Notes under the pieces: generated by a model
What the model was told of the DNA's origin: nothing
Seen by the model: the letters and a program-made list of their open reading frames with translations, nothing else
Databases searched by the model: none
Source of the DNA: Planktothrix sp. GU0601_MAG3
Lineage (GTDB): Bacteria; Cyanobacteriota; Cyanobacteriia; Cyanobacteriales; Microcoleaceae
DNA: 64,000 nt
Direction: 5' to 3'
NCBI GenBank assembly: GCA_035193785.1
Contig: CP136572.1
Coordinates: 4,180,578-4,244,577, forward strand
In this document: positions 11,666-24,019 of the stretch, in pieces
How the letters are laid out: every line of letters starts with the position of its first letter
How positions within the stretch are numbered: position 1 is the stretch's first letter
Translations under genes and position numbers: made by a program

Positions 11666-13009
11666 GTGAACTACCTACACCGCCCTAATCAGGTCGGTGC
11701 AGGCTTCTGATTTCACAGACCGATGCCCCTTACTTGAAAAGTAGGTGGTCTTACACAGCCTCCATCAGCAAAAACGGGGTTCCCTCCGCCTTTAGTTAAT
11801 ATTCTTACACCTTCGTTCCTGATATTCAGTGCAGCGTTTTCATCGCGGTCATGGTGAGTTTGACAACTTGGACAATCCCACTCCCTGACATCGAGAGATA
11901 ACTCATCCAGTATATGACCGCAACAGGAACAAGTTTTGGAACTGGGAAAAAAGCGATCAATTTCTACAAGTTCGCCATTTTTTTGTTTCAACTTATAATC
12001 AATAAAGTTGACGAATTTTCCCCAACCCACATCAGATATTGATTTGGATAACTTTCGGTTCTTAACCATCCCTTTGACGTTGAGGTTTTCAACGACAATT
12101 ACTTGGCTTTCGTTTACCAATTTTCTTGATAATTTATGCAAGAAATCTTGGCGGGAATTGGCTATTTTCTCATGAACCTTAGCTACATTTTTTCTGAATT
12201 TCTCTCTCGATTTACTTCCTTTAGTTTTTCGAGAGAGTTTTTTCTGTTTTCGAGCAAGATTTTTTTGGTGACGCTTTAAGTGTTTTGGATTAGCATATTT
12301 AGTAACATTTTCTCCATTGTGAACAATTGCAAAATCTTTTAAACCGAGATCAATTCCAATAATTTTATCTCCTGATTCCTTGACTTCACTTGGCTCTACT
12401 TCACATAAGATAGAAGCAAAGTATTTATTGCTTGAAGTCTGGGAAATTGTCACTGTTTTGATTTTTCCTGTAATCTCTCGGTGAAATATCGCTTTGATTT
12501 CACCAATCTTAGGGACTTTTAGGTATTCACTATTAACAGTAACATTCTGAGGATACTGAATTGATTGCTTGTGATGTTTAGATTTGAATTTAGGAAATTT
12601 AGCTCGTCCCTCAAAGAAGTTTTTGTAGGCTCTATCTAAGTTAATGGCTACACACTGGAGAACTGATGAGTAGCAATCCTCTTTGAGCCAAGGATATTCT
12701 TTTTTGAGTTGAGGTAACATCCCTTTATAGGATTCTAATTTTAGGCTTTTGCCAGTTTCTTGATAGTACCCAATACAGGCGTTTAAGGCAAAATTCCAAT
12801 ACCACCTCGCACAGCCCAACGATTTAGCCAATGCCAATTCCTGTTCTGGTGTTGGATAGAGTCTAACCTTTGTAGCCTTGAGCACTTTAAATCACCTCCT
12901 TTTTTTAATGATAACCAATTATTGAACATTCTAGCCCCTGACCGCAATTCATCCCACGCTGCCCTAACGGTTCAGGCGTGGGGCTTCGGCGCGATGAAGC
13001 TAAACTTAA
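11666..13009 (-). mobile_element. IS200/IS605 family element, tnpB-only (IS1341-like)
   Basis: Subterminal hairpins at both ends (about 11674-11706 and 12953-12986). The right end reads ...GTAGTTCAC on the minus strand. No tnpA is present. The left boundary is inferred. Confidence 0.8.
11713..12885 (-). CDS. tnpB: RNA-guided endonuclease TnpB
   Basis: N-terminal KVRLYPT HTH, RuvC motifs GIDLG, VVENL and HDRDENAA, and a CSCCG/CPSC zinc finger; uninterrupted 390 aa. Confidence 0.93.
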   Translation of the reverse strand: MLKATKVRLYPTPEQELALAKSLGCARWYWNFALNACIGYYQETGKSLKLESYKGMLPQLKKEYPWLKEDCYSSVLQCVAINLDRAYKNFFEGRAKFPKFKSKHHKQSIQYPQNVTVNSEYLKVPKIGEIKAIFHREITGKIKTVTISQTSSNKYFASILCEVEPSEVKESGDKIIGIDLGLKDFAIVHNGENVTKYANPKHLKRHQKNLARKQKKLSRKTKGSKSREKFRKNVAKVHEKIANSRQDFLHKLSRKLVNESQVIVVENLNVKGMVKNRKLSKSISDVGWGKFVNFIDYKLKQKNGELVEIDRFFPSSKTCSCCGHILDELSLDVREWDCPSCQTHHDRDENAALNIRNEGVRILTKGGGNPVFADGGCVRPPTFQVRGIGL

Positions 13010-13219
13010 GTCAAGGATCAACACTATCAGGACATTTCAACATTTGCACCCCCGCTTGAGCAGGAGGCAGCCGTTGTGACCAAAATTGATACGGGTTGAC
13101 TTGCTCATTGTACTGAATCCCCATGCGGATTGGATAAACCCAGGACTTTGTACATGAACTGTTTCTGTTAACATATTAGCTGCAAGGAAGTTGGCCTAAT
13201 AGGTACAGGATTGAGTTTC

Positions 13220-14132
13220 ATGGTAGATAAACGTCGTGGGTTCATTGGTGTAGTTTTGGTTTTAGCGGTGATTGCCTTTGTGGGATTTTCTATGGGGCCA
13301 CTGATTGGTGGGATTGTCCAGAACAATCAGTCGAAACAAGAACCGACTCCGAGTCCCACACAATCGGCTCAAACGGGTAAACAATCGGATTTACAAGCAC
13401 AGGCCCGGGGTTATGAGTTAGTATTGCAGCGAGAAACCCGATAACGAAACGGCCTTGAAGGGTTTATTACAAGCGCGGTTAGAACTGATTCGGTTTAAGC
13501 AAGCCGAAATGAAGGATGTGATTGAACCTTTGGAGAAATTGGCAAAAAAACATCCTGAAGATACACGCTACAGCATTTTATTGGCACAGGCAAAAGCCTA
13601 TACCGGAGATCAAGAAGGAGCCGCTCAAACCTATCGCGCGGTTTTAGCCAGTCAACCTGGAGATATTCAAGCATTACAGGGTTTAGCAAATTTATTCTTA
13701 CAACAAAAACGTCCAGAAGCGGCGATTGGATTATTACAAGATACTCTCAAAGCGGCGGCGAGTGCGAATCAAACTGTACCCAATACGATTGATGAAATGT
13801 CGGTGCAGTTAATTTTGGGACAGGTTTATGCTGAAGATAAACGCTATGATGAGGCGATCGCTATTTATGATGAAGCGATCAAAAATGATGAGAAAGATTT
13901 TCGTCCAGTTTTCGCCAAAGCTCTAGTTTTAAAAGAACAGGGAAATTCTGGGGAAGCCGAACCTTTATTCGCTAAAGCGGTGGATTTAGCCCCAGCAGTT
14001 TATAAAGATCAAATTCAAAAACAAGCGGGTAGTAGTATATCCCCAGCCAAGTCGGTTGAACCGGTGTCTCCTAATAATAATTCAGAAACCAAACCGGAAG
14101 CCAATTCCGCACCGAAAACATCGGCTGAGTAA
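13220..14132 (+). CDS. Membrane-anchored TPR protein (frameshift near 13436)
   Basis: N-terminal TM segment, QARGYELVLQREP junction and TPR-like helices. Confidence 0.8.
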
Positions 14133-14212
14133 ACCGATGGCTTTCTCCTCCAAAATCTAGTGATAATTCCCTAGAATAGAGTTAGGGGAATATTAATTTT
14201 TTTGATCTAATC

Positions 14213-14563
14213 ATGAACTTGAAACGTCTGGGCCATATTGCTATTTGTGTGAATGACATCGACTCATCCGCAGCTTTTTATCAAAACTTAGGGATGGATT
14301 TAGTTTGGAAGGATGGAGACTGGGCCTATTTAAAAGCGGGTGAGGATGGATTAGCTTTACTGAGTCCGGGTTATGACCAGGCTGGCCCTCACTTTGGTTT
14401 TGTATTTAGCGATCGCACTGAAATGGAAAGTGCCTACCACAGCTTAAAAGCCCAAGGGATTCCCGTCACCGCGATTCATGAACATCGAGATGGTACGGCC
14501 TCCTTTTATGGGCGAGATCCTGACGGAAATGGCTTTGAATACCTGTATGAACCCATTAACTGA
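14213..14563 (+). CDS. VOC/glyoxalase family protein
   Basis: LGHIAICV, HFGF and YGRDPDGNGFE. Confidence 0.85.
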   Translation: MNLKRLGHIAICVNDIDSSAAFYQNLGMDLVWKDGDWAYLKAGEDGLALLSPGYDQAGPHFGFVFSDRTEMESAYHSLKAQGIPVTAIHEHRDGTASFYGRDPDGNGFEYLYEPIN

Positions 14564-14588
14564 GTTAAGAACATTTTAACCAAAAACT

Positions 14589-15843
14589 ATGTTTCAAAGA
14601 ATTCGATGGGGAAGTCGCCGGAGTTCAATGTTTTATGCCTGGGCTGAGGTGGATTTGTGGCTGATGGGGGCCTGTCTTCTGCTCACCGTATTTGGCGGTG
14701 TCATGATCCGCAGTGTGGAATTACAGCAAGGTTTAACCGACTGGTGGCAACATTGGGTGACGGGGGCGATTGGTTTAATTTTGGCTGTGATTTTTTCCCG
14801 TTGTCGTTATGAACGTCTAACTCAGTGGAAATGGGTGATTTATGGAATCACAAATTTATCGTTAATTGCGGTACAAATTATTGGGACAACGGCATTAGGG
14901 GCGCAACGATGGATTAATATTGGGGGTTTTCATGTCCAACCCTCGGAGTTTGCTAAGGTCGGAATTATTATTACCCTGGCGGCCTTACTTCAAGAGTTAA
15001 AAACCCCCAATTTGAGGAATATGATCCGGATTTTAGCGATCGCTGCTGTTCCTTGGGGGCTGGTTTTTATTGAAACCTAACTTGGGAACTTCTTTAGTGT
15101 TTGGTGCGATTACTTTAGGGATGATGTATTGGGGTAATATTCATCCGGGCTGGTTAATTTTGCTGCTTTCTCCGGTGATCGCGGCCATTGTTTTTAATGT
15201 CTATCTTCCGGCGGGAATTATCTGGGCTGTATTAATGGGTTTTGTTGGTTGGTGGAGTCTCCCTTGGCGATGGCTCACTGGCCCTTTAGCGCTATTAATG
15301 AATTTGGGAGCCGGGGAGTTAAGCCATATCCTCTGGAATGTCTTGCAAGACTATCAAAAAATGCGACTCATTGGGTTTTTGAATCCCGAGCAAGATCCTT
15401 TAGGAAGTGGTTATCATTTGATTCAGTCTCGAATTGCAATTGGTGCGGGACAATTATATGGACGGGGACTCAATCATGGGACTCAAACTCAATTAAATTT
15501 TATTCCTGAACAACATACGGATTTTATCTTTTCCGCCGTCGGTGAGGAGTTGGGCTTGATCGGTTGCATTGCGGTATTAGCGGTGTTTTGGTTTATCTGT
15601 TTACGCTTAGTAATTATTGCCCAAACTGCTAAAGACTCTTTTGGTTCTTTAATTGCCATTGGAGTCCTGTGTATGCTACTGTTCCAGGTATTTGTTAACA
15701 TTGGGATGAATATTGGTATCGCACCTGTTACCGGAATTCCTTTGCCTTTCTTGAGTTATGGTCGATCTTCATTACTGAGTAATTGGATAGCCATTGGAAT
15801 TGTACAATCGGTGGCTAATTACCGACAACGAATTAAGTTTTAA
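14589..15843 (+). CDS. rodA: Rod shape-determining protein RodA (frameshift near 15074)
   Basis: GAQRWI, QPSEFAK, DPLGSGYH, PEQHTDFIF and TGIPLPFLSYG. Confidence 0.92.
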
Positions 15844-15926
15844 GCAATTTCACCTTGAATACCTGGGGGAATCATTGTTTTAATTTAACACTTTTTTGTT
15901 CTTCAAAAACCCTTTTTTCTAAATCT

Positions 15927-16337
15927 ATGGGAAAACTATTACAAGTTTGTTTGCCAGTGTTGATAATTGCTAACTTTACGGTTTTTTTATCTCCGAGTTC
16001 AGCCACACCTGAAATATTGATTGCCCAAACCGTTAAGTGTAAGCCCGATGGCAATACTTTAGAAATGCGAAAATGTGCCTCTGATCAATATCAAATCGCG
16101 GATCAAAAGCTGAATCAAACTTACAAAAAACTCATGGCTCAATTATCCCCAGAACGAAAAAAACGCTTAATTGAAGCGCAAAGGGCTTGGATTTCCTTCC
16201 GAGACAAAACCTGTAGTTTTGAGTCAAGTCAAGTGTTGGGAGGTACAGCCGAACCTTTATTTTTGACCCAATGTTTAGCAAAAGTGACTCAGCAAAGGGT
16301 TCAAGATTTGCAAAACTATTTAGCTGAAATTAAGTAA
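15927..16337 (+). CDS. Lysozyme inhibitor LprI / DUF1311 family secreted protein
   Basis: Signal peptide, ADQKLNQTY, AQRAWISFRDKTC and four Cys. Confidence 0.8.
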   Translation: MGKLLQVCLPVLIIANFTVFLSPSSATPEILIAQTVKCKPDGNTLEMRKCASDQYQIADQKLNQTYKKLMAQLSPERKKRLIEAQRAWISFRDKTCSFESSQVLGGTAEPLFLTQCLAKVTQQRVQDLQNYLAEIK

Positions 16338-17290
16338 TGTCCAACATTTCTTGGTCAAATTCCGAGATGAATCGAATGCGTAAGATTGTTCCTTCTATTC
16401 TCGGCTTTTTTCTATTTTGTCTCTCAATTTGGGCCATTAGCCAAAAGCTGGAAAAATATTCTATAGATGATGTTTTGATTAGTCTATCTAATATTCCTAA
16501 AATTAATAGGCTGGGCGCAATTAGTCTGATGATAATTAGTTATCTGATGACCACAGCCTATGATATTTTAGCGTTTATTTATATCGGTTTTTCACTGAAT
16601 TATGTTAAGGTCGCCATCGCTGCATTTATCAGTTATGCCATTAGTAATAATGTGGGGTTTTCCCTCCTAACTGGAAGTGCTGTGCGTTATCGCTTATATT
16701 CAAGATGGCGTGTTCCTCCAGGTGCTATTGCCCAGGTGATTGCCTTTACTAACCTAACATTTTGGTTGGGATTATTGGGAGTTTGTGGATTTGTTTTTCT
16801 ATTGACACCCTTAAAAGTTCCCAGTATTTTAGATTTACCATTTGTATCAGTTCGTCCGGTGGGAATTATCTTTCTCATAATTATTGGAATCTATCTATTA
16901 TGGGCTAGTTTTAATCATAAACCCGTCAAAATTGGAGAATTAGAATTAAACTTTCCCACCGTGAGTGTTTCACTGGCCCTAATTGCTTTCGCCTCCGTAG
17001 ATTGGGGAGCCGCCGCCGGGGTTTTATATGTATTATTACCCGAAGGTAGCACCGCTTCTTATCTGAGTTGTTTTAGCATTTATTTATTAGCAATGACAGC
17101 CAGTATGGTTAGTAATATTCCTGGAGGTTTAGGGGTCTTTGAAACCGTTGTTTTAACCTTAGTTTCTTCAGAAGTAAATCCAGCCAATGTTTTAGGATCT
17201 TTATTGGCTTATCGTGCTATTTATTATCTGCTTCCCATGATTGTAGCCACCGTGTTACTGGGAATTAATGAACTAAAAAAGCATCACTAG
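16337..17290 (+). CDS. Lysylphosphatidylglycerol synthase TM (MprF flippase-like, UPF0104) protein
   Basis: GSAVRYRLY, PGGLGVFE and LLAYRAIYYLLP; no C-terminal synthase domain. Confidence 0.85.
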   Translation: MSNISWSNSEMNRMRKIVPSILGFFLFCLSIWAISQKLEKYSIDDVLISLSNIPKINRLGAISLMIISYLMTTAYDILAFIYIGFSLNYVKVAIAAFISYAISNNVGFSLLTGSAVRYRLYSRWRVPPGAIAQVIAFTNLTFWLGLLGVCGFVFLLTPLKVPSILDLPFVSVRPVGIIFLIIIGIYLLWASFNHKPVKIGELELNFPTVSVSLALIAFASVDWGAAAGVLYVLLPEGSTASYLSCFSIYLLAMTASMVSNIPGGLGVFETVVLTLVSSEVNPANVLGSLLAYRAIYYLLPMIVATVLLGINELKKHH

Positions 17291-17321
17291 GTTGTTGAAA
17301 ATGTACCCGCTATAGGTGATT

Positions 17322-19227
17322 ATGACGACGAAATTTGAACCCCCAATTTATACTCAACGCACAGGTTTATCTCTCCTCGTCACTAGAATTTTAGCTCTAA
17401 TTGTTACAGCTAATTTTTGTTTAGTTGTTTTTGATTTAAGTTATATTAAACTTCGTCGATTTTATTTACAATGGAGTCAACATCAGGCCCAATCTGAAAA
17501 TACACCTAAAAATCAATATTTGCAGCAAATTGATCAACTTGAAAAAACAATTAATCAATTTGGGATTGAGTCTAGGGAAGTTAAGTTAGCGTTAGTTGAT
17601 ATTCGTGAGTCTAGTTTAAATCTGTTTATTGAAACTCCTCCCTTTCGGGTTCTCAGTTCCTATGGAAACCTTAGCAGAAATTCAAAATCGCTTCCAGAAT
17701 CATGTTAAAATCAATAATTTTCAGCAAGCCTTGGAAACTTTCTGGAGTCCTGATTTTTTCAATCAAAAACAATGGCAAAAAGAGTTAAAGTTTTTTAATC
17801 AAAATATTAGATTTTTAATTTTATTTAATGAACCCAGTTTAACCTATGATATTATTAAAGGTATTGAACCCGATCGCTTGACTCAAATTTATTTAGTGAA
17901 GGTTTCAGAATTAAAGGTTTATTTAAAATATAATGACTTAAATACTCCGAAAGTACGGTCTTTACTTAAAGAACTTCAACAATTAAGTGATGATATCATT
18001 GATCGAACTTATTTTCTACAATTAGAACATAATTTAGGGCCGTTAACAGCAGCGAAATATCGCATGATGGATCATATCTATAGCCGCGATCCCAAAGTAA
18101 CAACTCGGCTAACACCGACCCTAAAATTTTTATATCAAATTAACCTATTAAATTTTTTAGCCCCGGAGTTAATTTGGTCAGATCGTTCCTCCAGACAGGC
18201 TTTCTCTATTTTTTGGAGTGTGGAAAATTTAGAACAACAGGGATGGGAAAAGGAACTCGAATTTTTTGAAAATGATATTCAAGCTTTAATGGAGTCATTC
18301 TATTTTCGACAATTGAGTTTAAATGGTCAATTTGTAAATCGATTTTGGTTGATTGATTTACCTTGGATTAACCTGTTTTTCTTAATCTTCTTAATGGAAA
18401 TCTATGTCCTCCGATCTCGTCAACCTCAACTCACACTAAGGGAGGCAATTTTAAAATTATGGTATTATGTATTTTTGTTAATTCCTAAATTATTATTTTT
18501 GCGTTTTATTTCAGCAGTTTATCACTTAAATCGAGCCAACTTTCCCAGTTTACAACCAACTATTGATTACCTAAAATTAAAAATAATCTATAGTTTTGCT
18601 CAGGAATTAGTTCAGGTTTTAGTCAATCAAGGAGTTGATAAAATCCAAGCCTTTGTTAAACAAGGAAGCCTGAAAAAGTTAGTCAATCCGCCTTCTTCCT
18701 ATCAATCTATTTCCTTAGAAGCTATTGAACTCGAATCCCAGTCTCCCCCCGGAATTTCTAACCAAATTGTTGAAATTACAATTTCTAAAGTTTTACCCAC
18801 CATTCGTCCTGAATTAGAGGCTTATCTACACTATCAAGTCACTAACTCAATTCAACAATCTCCAATTTATAAAGGATTAAATAAAATTCCTTTGATTGGA
18901 CATCTTCCCCAACAAGTGGCTGATGGTTTTGTGAAAAAAATTGCAATTACCATTTCAGAAAATCCTAAAAAATCTCTGGAAGCAGGCAAAAACAAACCCC
19001 CAGATTTGATCGCCATGCAGTTAAAAAAACGCTTAACACGACAGTTTATAGATACATTAAGAATAGAATTACAAAAAGAACAAATTGTTGATGATGCCGA
19101 ACTAATTTTAGTCAATTGGTTAGAAGGTTTAAAATCCAATCCCGTTAAAGATTTAGAAGCAAAACAAATTATTAAAACGGCTAATATCGAAGAGAATAAA
19201 CAAATTTCTCCTAGTCCAGATTCATAA
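17322..19227 (+). CDS. Conserved hypothetical membrane protein (frameshift near 17667)
   Basis: ORFs 17316-17708 and 17629-19227 join; VFDLSYI and GIEPDRLTQ segments plus TM helices. Confidence 0.65.
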
Positions 19228-19281
19228 AATCAAGTAAAAGCAATTCATTAATTGCCCCTACTTGATTTTTGTTCAAATCAT

Positions 19282-19304
19282 CTATTACACTAACTAGATA
19301 ATAG
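19282..19304. promoter_or_regulatory. Candidate BlaI-family operator (inverted repeat)
   Basis: ctatta-N11-taatag just upstream of the BlaI-like gene. Confidence 0.35.
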
Positions 19305-19322
19305 TATTTTTCTGGATTCCCT

Positions 19323-19745
19323 ATGGCTCCTTTGCCTAATTATCGTCCTCGCCAACTTTCCCTTGGCCCCTTAGAAACGGAAATCCTAGAAATAGTCTGG
19401 GAATTGGGTATAACCACGGTTAAAGATGTCCATGAACGGATTTTATCTGACCCAAACCGGGAATTAGCCTATACTTCAGTTACCACCGTATTGCGTCGTT
19501 TAACAGATAAGGGTTGGTTAGTTTGCAATAAACAAGAACGGGCTTTTTATTGGCAAGCTTTAATCACCCGTGAACAAGCCCAGGCTATTTTAGCTTATGA
19601 TCGGTTAAATCGATTTTTAGCCATAGGTAATCCCGATATAGTTGCTTCTTTTGCTGATAGTTTGGATACCGCTAGTTTAGATCAAATTGATGCCATTGCC
19701 TCACGCCTTGATGCTATTCGTCGCCAACGGGAGGGACAACAATAA
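19323..19745 (+). CDS. BlaI/MecI/CopY family transcriptional regulator
   Basis: LGPLETEILEIVW and LAYTSVTTVLRRLTDKG. Confidence 0.9.
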   Translation: MAPLPNYRPRQLSLGPLETEILEIVWELGITTVKDVHERILSDPNRELAYTSVTTVLRRLTDKGWLVCNKQERAFYWQALITREQAQAILAYDRLNRFLAIGNPDIVASFADSLDTASLDQIDAIASRLDAIRRQREGQQ

Positions 19746-20590
19746 TGCACTTAATGATTATTTTATTCGCCCTAGGATGCGCGGTCGGTTTGCGACTTAT
19801 CCCCTTACCCCGTGGGGGAAGTTGGCATCAACGCTGGCAAAAATCTCTATTTTTGTTTGTCTGTCCGCCTTTGGTTTTGTTAATGACAGCTTTGGCGGTA
19901 TTATGGATGGGAACAACTGGGGAAATGTTGGGACTCGAAGCCAGTTGGTTTAGTTATGTTTTGGCTTTGGGATTTGTCGGTTGGGCAATATTAACGGTTA
20001 TTAAGTTAATCGGTCAATTGTGGCAATCTCAATACCGAATTCATCGCTTATCTCAACAGGTTGTTATGGGAAAAACCGCACGAATTTTAGAGGATGATTT
20101 TCCCTATAGCGCTCAAATTGGATTTTGGCAGCCGGAATTGGTCGTCAGTCTAGGATTATTAAACCTCTTAGATGAGACTCATTTAGAAGCAGTAATTGCC
20201 CATGAACAAGCCCATTTAAACTATCGAGATACTTTTTGGTTTTTTACCTTGGGTTGGCTACAAACTTTAAGCAGTTGGCTTCCTAATACCAACCAACTAT
20301 GGCAAGAATTACTATTATTAAGGGAGATGCGGGCTGATCGTTACGCTACCCAACAAGTTGACCCCTTAGTATTAGCAGAATCCCTATTATATCTCGCCAA
20401 AGCACCTTTTAAATCCCCCGATTATGGCAATTTATCCTTTAGTTGTTCCATTCGTAGTAGTCGTTTAGAAGAAAGAATAGATGCAATTTTAACGGAAGAT
20501 TCTGATCCTTTAACCTGGGGATGGTGGGTCTGGATATTACTATTTTGGGTCTGTTTACCTTGGATTACTGTACCCTTCCATTATTCCTAA
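19745..20590 (+). CDS. M56/M48-like membrane metallopeptidase (BlaR1-like)
   Basis: HEQAH zinc motif and EMRAD; translationally coupled to the BlaI-like gene. Confidence 0.88.
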   Translation: MHLMIILFALGCAVGLRLIPLPRGGSWHQRWQKSLFLFVCPPLVLLMTALAVLWMGTTGEMLGLEASWFSYVLALGFVGWAILTVIKLIGQLWQSQYRIHRLSQQVVMGKTARILEDDFPYSAQIGFWQPELVVSLGLLNLLDETHLEAVIAHEQAHLNYRDTFWFFTLGWLQTLSSWLPNTNQLWQELLLLREMRADRYATQQVDPLVLAESLLYLAKAPFKSPDYGNLSFSCSIRSSRLEERIDAILTEDSDPLTWGWWVWILLFWVCLPWITVPFHYS

Positions 20591-20600
20591 TCATACCAAC

Positions 20601-20700
20601 GGGACTTACGCACAAGACCAAAGAAACCGGGTTTCTGGCACTGATTTTGCGGATGAAATCGAGATTTCTCGTTCAGAAACCCGGTTTCTGCGTAAGTCCT
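20601..20700. mobile_element. About 100-bp MITE-like element with GGACTTACGCA inverted ends and internal AGAAACCGGGTTTCT palindromes
   Basis: ggacttacgca...tgcgtaagtcc termini, two inverted internal palindromes, and a near-identical right half at about 23660-23731. Confidence 0.65.
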
Positions 20701-20779
20701 AACCAATTCTTTGAATACCCTAAACCCCTCCTCCTTTAACCTAAAAGGACGGGTATTTTATAGCAGTCGCACCCGGAAA

Positions 20780-21923
20780 TTAGGACATCAACTGATGCTC
20801 CAAACTCTTTTCTTTCCTATTCCCTGTTGTAGTTTGTTGGCGATACCGATAATAGGCGGCACAAGCCCCTTCAGAAGAAACCATGGGGGCTCCTAAAGGA
20901 TGTTCGGGAGTACAACGGGTTTCCAAAAACCGGACATTCCTGGGGCTTTTTAATCCCCTGGAGAATTTCACCACTAATACAATCTTGGCAGGGGGAAGAA
21001 ACGGGAATTAACTGTTGAGAATTAAAGCGTTTTTGCGCATCAAAATTAATATATTTTTGTTTAATTCCTAACCCACTTTGGGGAATTTCTCCCAGTCCTC
21101 GCCATTCCCTCGGTACAATTTCAAAAACTTCTTGAATGATAGTTTGAGCGGTTTCATTACCCTCTCGACGCACGGAACGATTATATTGATTTTCTAGTTT
21201 ATATTCTCCCTTTTCCAGTTGTTGAATACATAAATAAATTCCTTGTAAAATATCAATGGGTTCAAACCCGGTGACTACAATTGGAATATTATATTTATCA
21301 ACAATTGGTTCATATTCCTTATATCCCATCACGGTACAAACATGACCCGCGGCTAAAAACCCTTGTACCTGACAATTCGGACTCGATAAGAGGGCTTCCA
21401 TCGCCGGAGGAACCAGAACATGAGATACTAACAGGGAAAAGTTATTAATATTTTGTTGCTGGGCTTGATAGACTGCCATGGCGGTAATTGGGGCGGTGGT
21501 TTCAAAGCCAACGGCAAAGAAAATTACCTGTTTTGTGGGGTTTTGTTGGGCAATTTTTAAACAGTCTAAGGGATTATAAATAATGCGGATATCTCCCCCG
21601 GTGGCTTTAACACTTAATAGGTCTTTTTCACTCCCCGGAACTCGTAACATATCTCCAAAGGAACAAAAAATAATATTAGGTAAGGAAGCGAGGGCAATAG
21701 CTTGATCAATAATATTAATATCAGTTACACAAACGGGACAGCCAGGGCCATGAATTAGGGTAATTTCTGAGGGGAGAAGTTCATCAATTCCATATTTAAC
21801 AATAGAATGGGTTTGTCCTCCACAAATCTCCATAATTTTCCAGGGTTTTGTGGTGATTGATGCGATCGCTTTGGCATAATCTTGAGCGAGTTTTCCATCC
21901 CTATATTCATCAACAAATTTCAT
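20780..21923 (-). CDS. hypD: Hydrogenase maturation protein HypD (frameshift near 20920)
   Basis: [27 protein letters not shown] and [13 protein letters not shown]. Confidence 0.95.
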
Positions 21924-22033
21924 AATATTTTCTACCTATAAATACTTTTGGGGTGATTCTAACACCCTAATGTTAAGGCAGAAACCATAAAAAAGCATTC
22001 CCCGGCCGAAACCAGGGAACAAGAAAGAAGATA

Positions 22034-23396
<1,363 letters not shown>

Positions 23397-23468
23397 TTAC
23401 ACAAATCCTGATTATCTGTGATTACAGGTACTCTGTCAAATTAAGTTTTGTAAAATCTTCGGTAGAGA

Positions 23469-23660
23469 GGTAATGGGTAATGGGTAATGGGTAATGGGTA
23501 ATGGGTAATGGGTAATGGGTAATGGGTAATGGGTAATGGGTAATGGGTAATGGGTAATGGGTAATGGGTAATGGGTAATGGGTAATGGGTAATGGGTAAT
23601 GGGTAATGGGTAATGGGTAATGGGTAATGGGTAATAGGGTAATAGGGTAATAGGGAATAG
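23469..23660. repeat. Long STRR array (GGGTAAT)n, about 27 units
   Basis: Tandem heptamers read directly; they produce the spurious PITHY ORF. Confidence 0.95.
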
Positions 23661-23731
23661 GGTTTCTAACCCTGATTTTGGGGATGAAATCGGTGATTTC
23701 TCGTTCAGAAACCCGGTTGCTGCGTAAGTCC
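23660..23731. repeat. Right-half copy of the GGACTTACGCA-ended element
   Basis: ctgattttg.ggatgaaatcg..gatttctcgttcagaaacccggtt.ctgcgtaagtcct matches 20641-20700. Confidence 0.75.
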
Positions 23732-24019
23732 TATAAATAATTATGTTTGGGTACTTATCTGATTCAAAAAAACAGTTAAAAACAATAATTTCAACGGTTA
23801 TTTGACTGTCTTCGGTCACTAAAGTATAGGGTTTAAATTTTTAAAAGATTGTACTCTGTTGAAACCGGTTTTATTTTTATCAAAAACTTTATCCTAACAA
23901 AAAAAAAGGGGGTTGTGCAATTTTTTCAAGAAATCATAATCTTTATAAAAAATAAGTTTTTACCCCAATTTTTGGAGGGCTGTGCTATGGTTAGTGGTCA
24001 ATATCATCACCAACTTATT

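Noticed and set aside
20521..20896. Short + strand ORFs containing ETGFL/QKPGF
   Set aside because: They are derived from repeat elements or are antisense to hypD.
23418..23431. GTG-N8-TAC possible NtcA site upstream of purA
   Set aside because: It is a non-canonical short match that is expected by chance.
23436..23819. 127-aa ORF with (PITHYPL)n repeats
   Set aside because: It is a translation of the GGGTAAT STRR array, with no evidence of a real protein.
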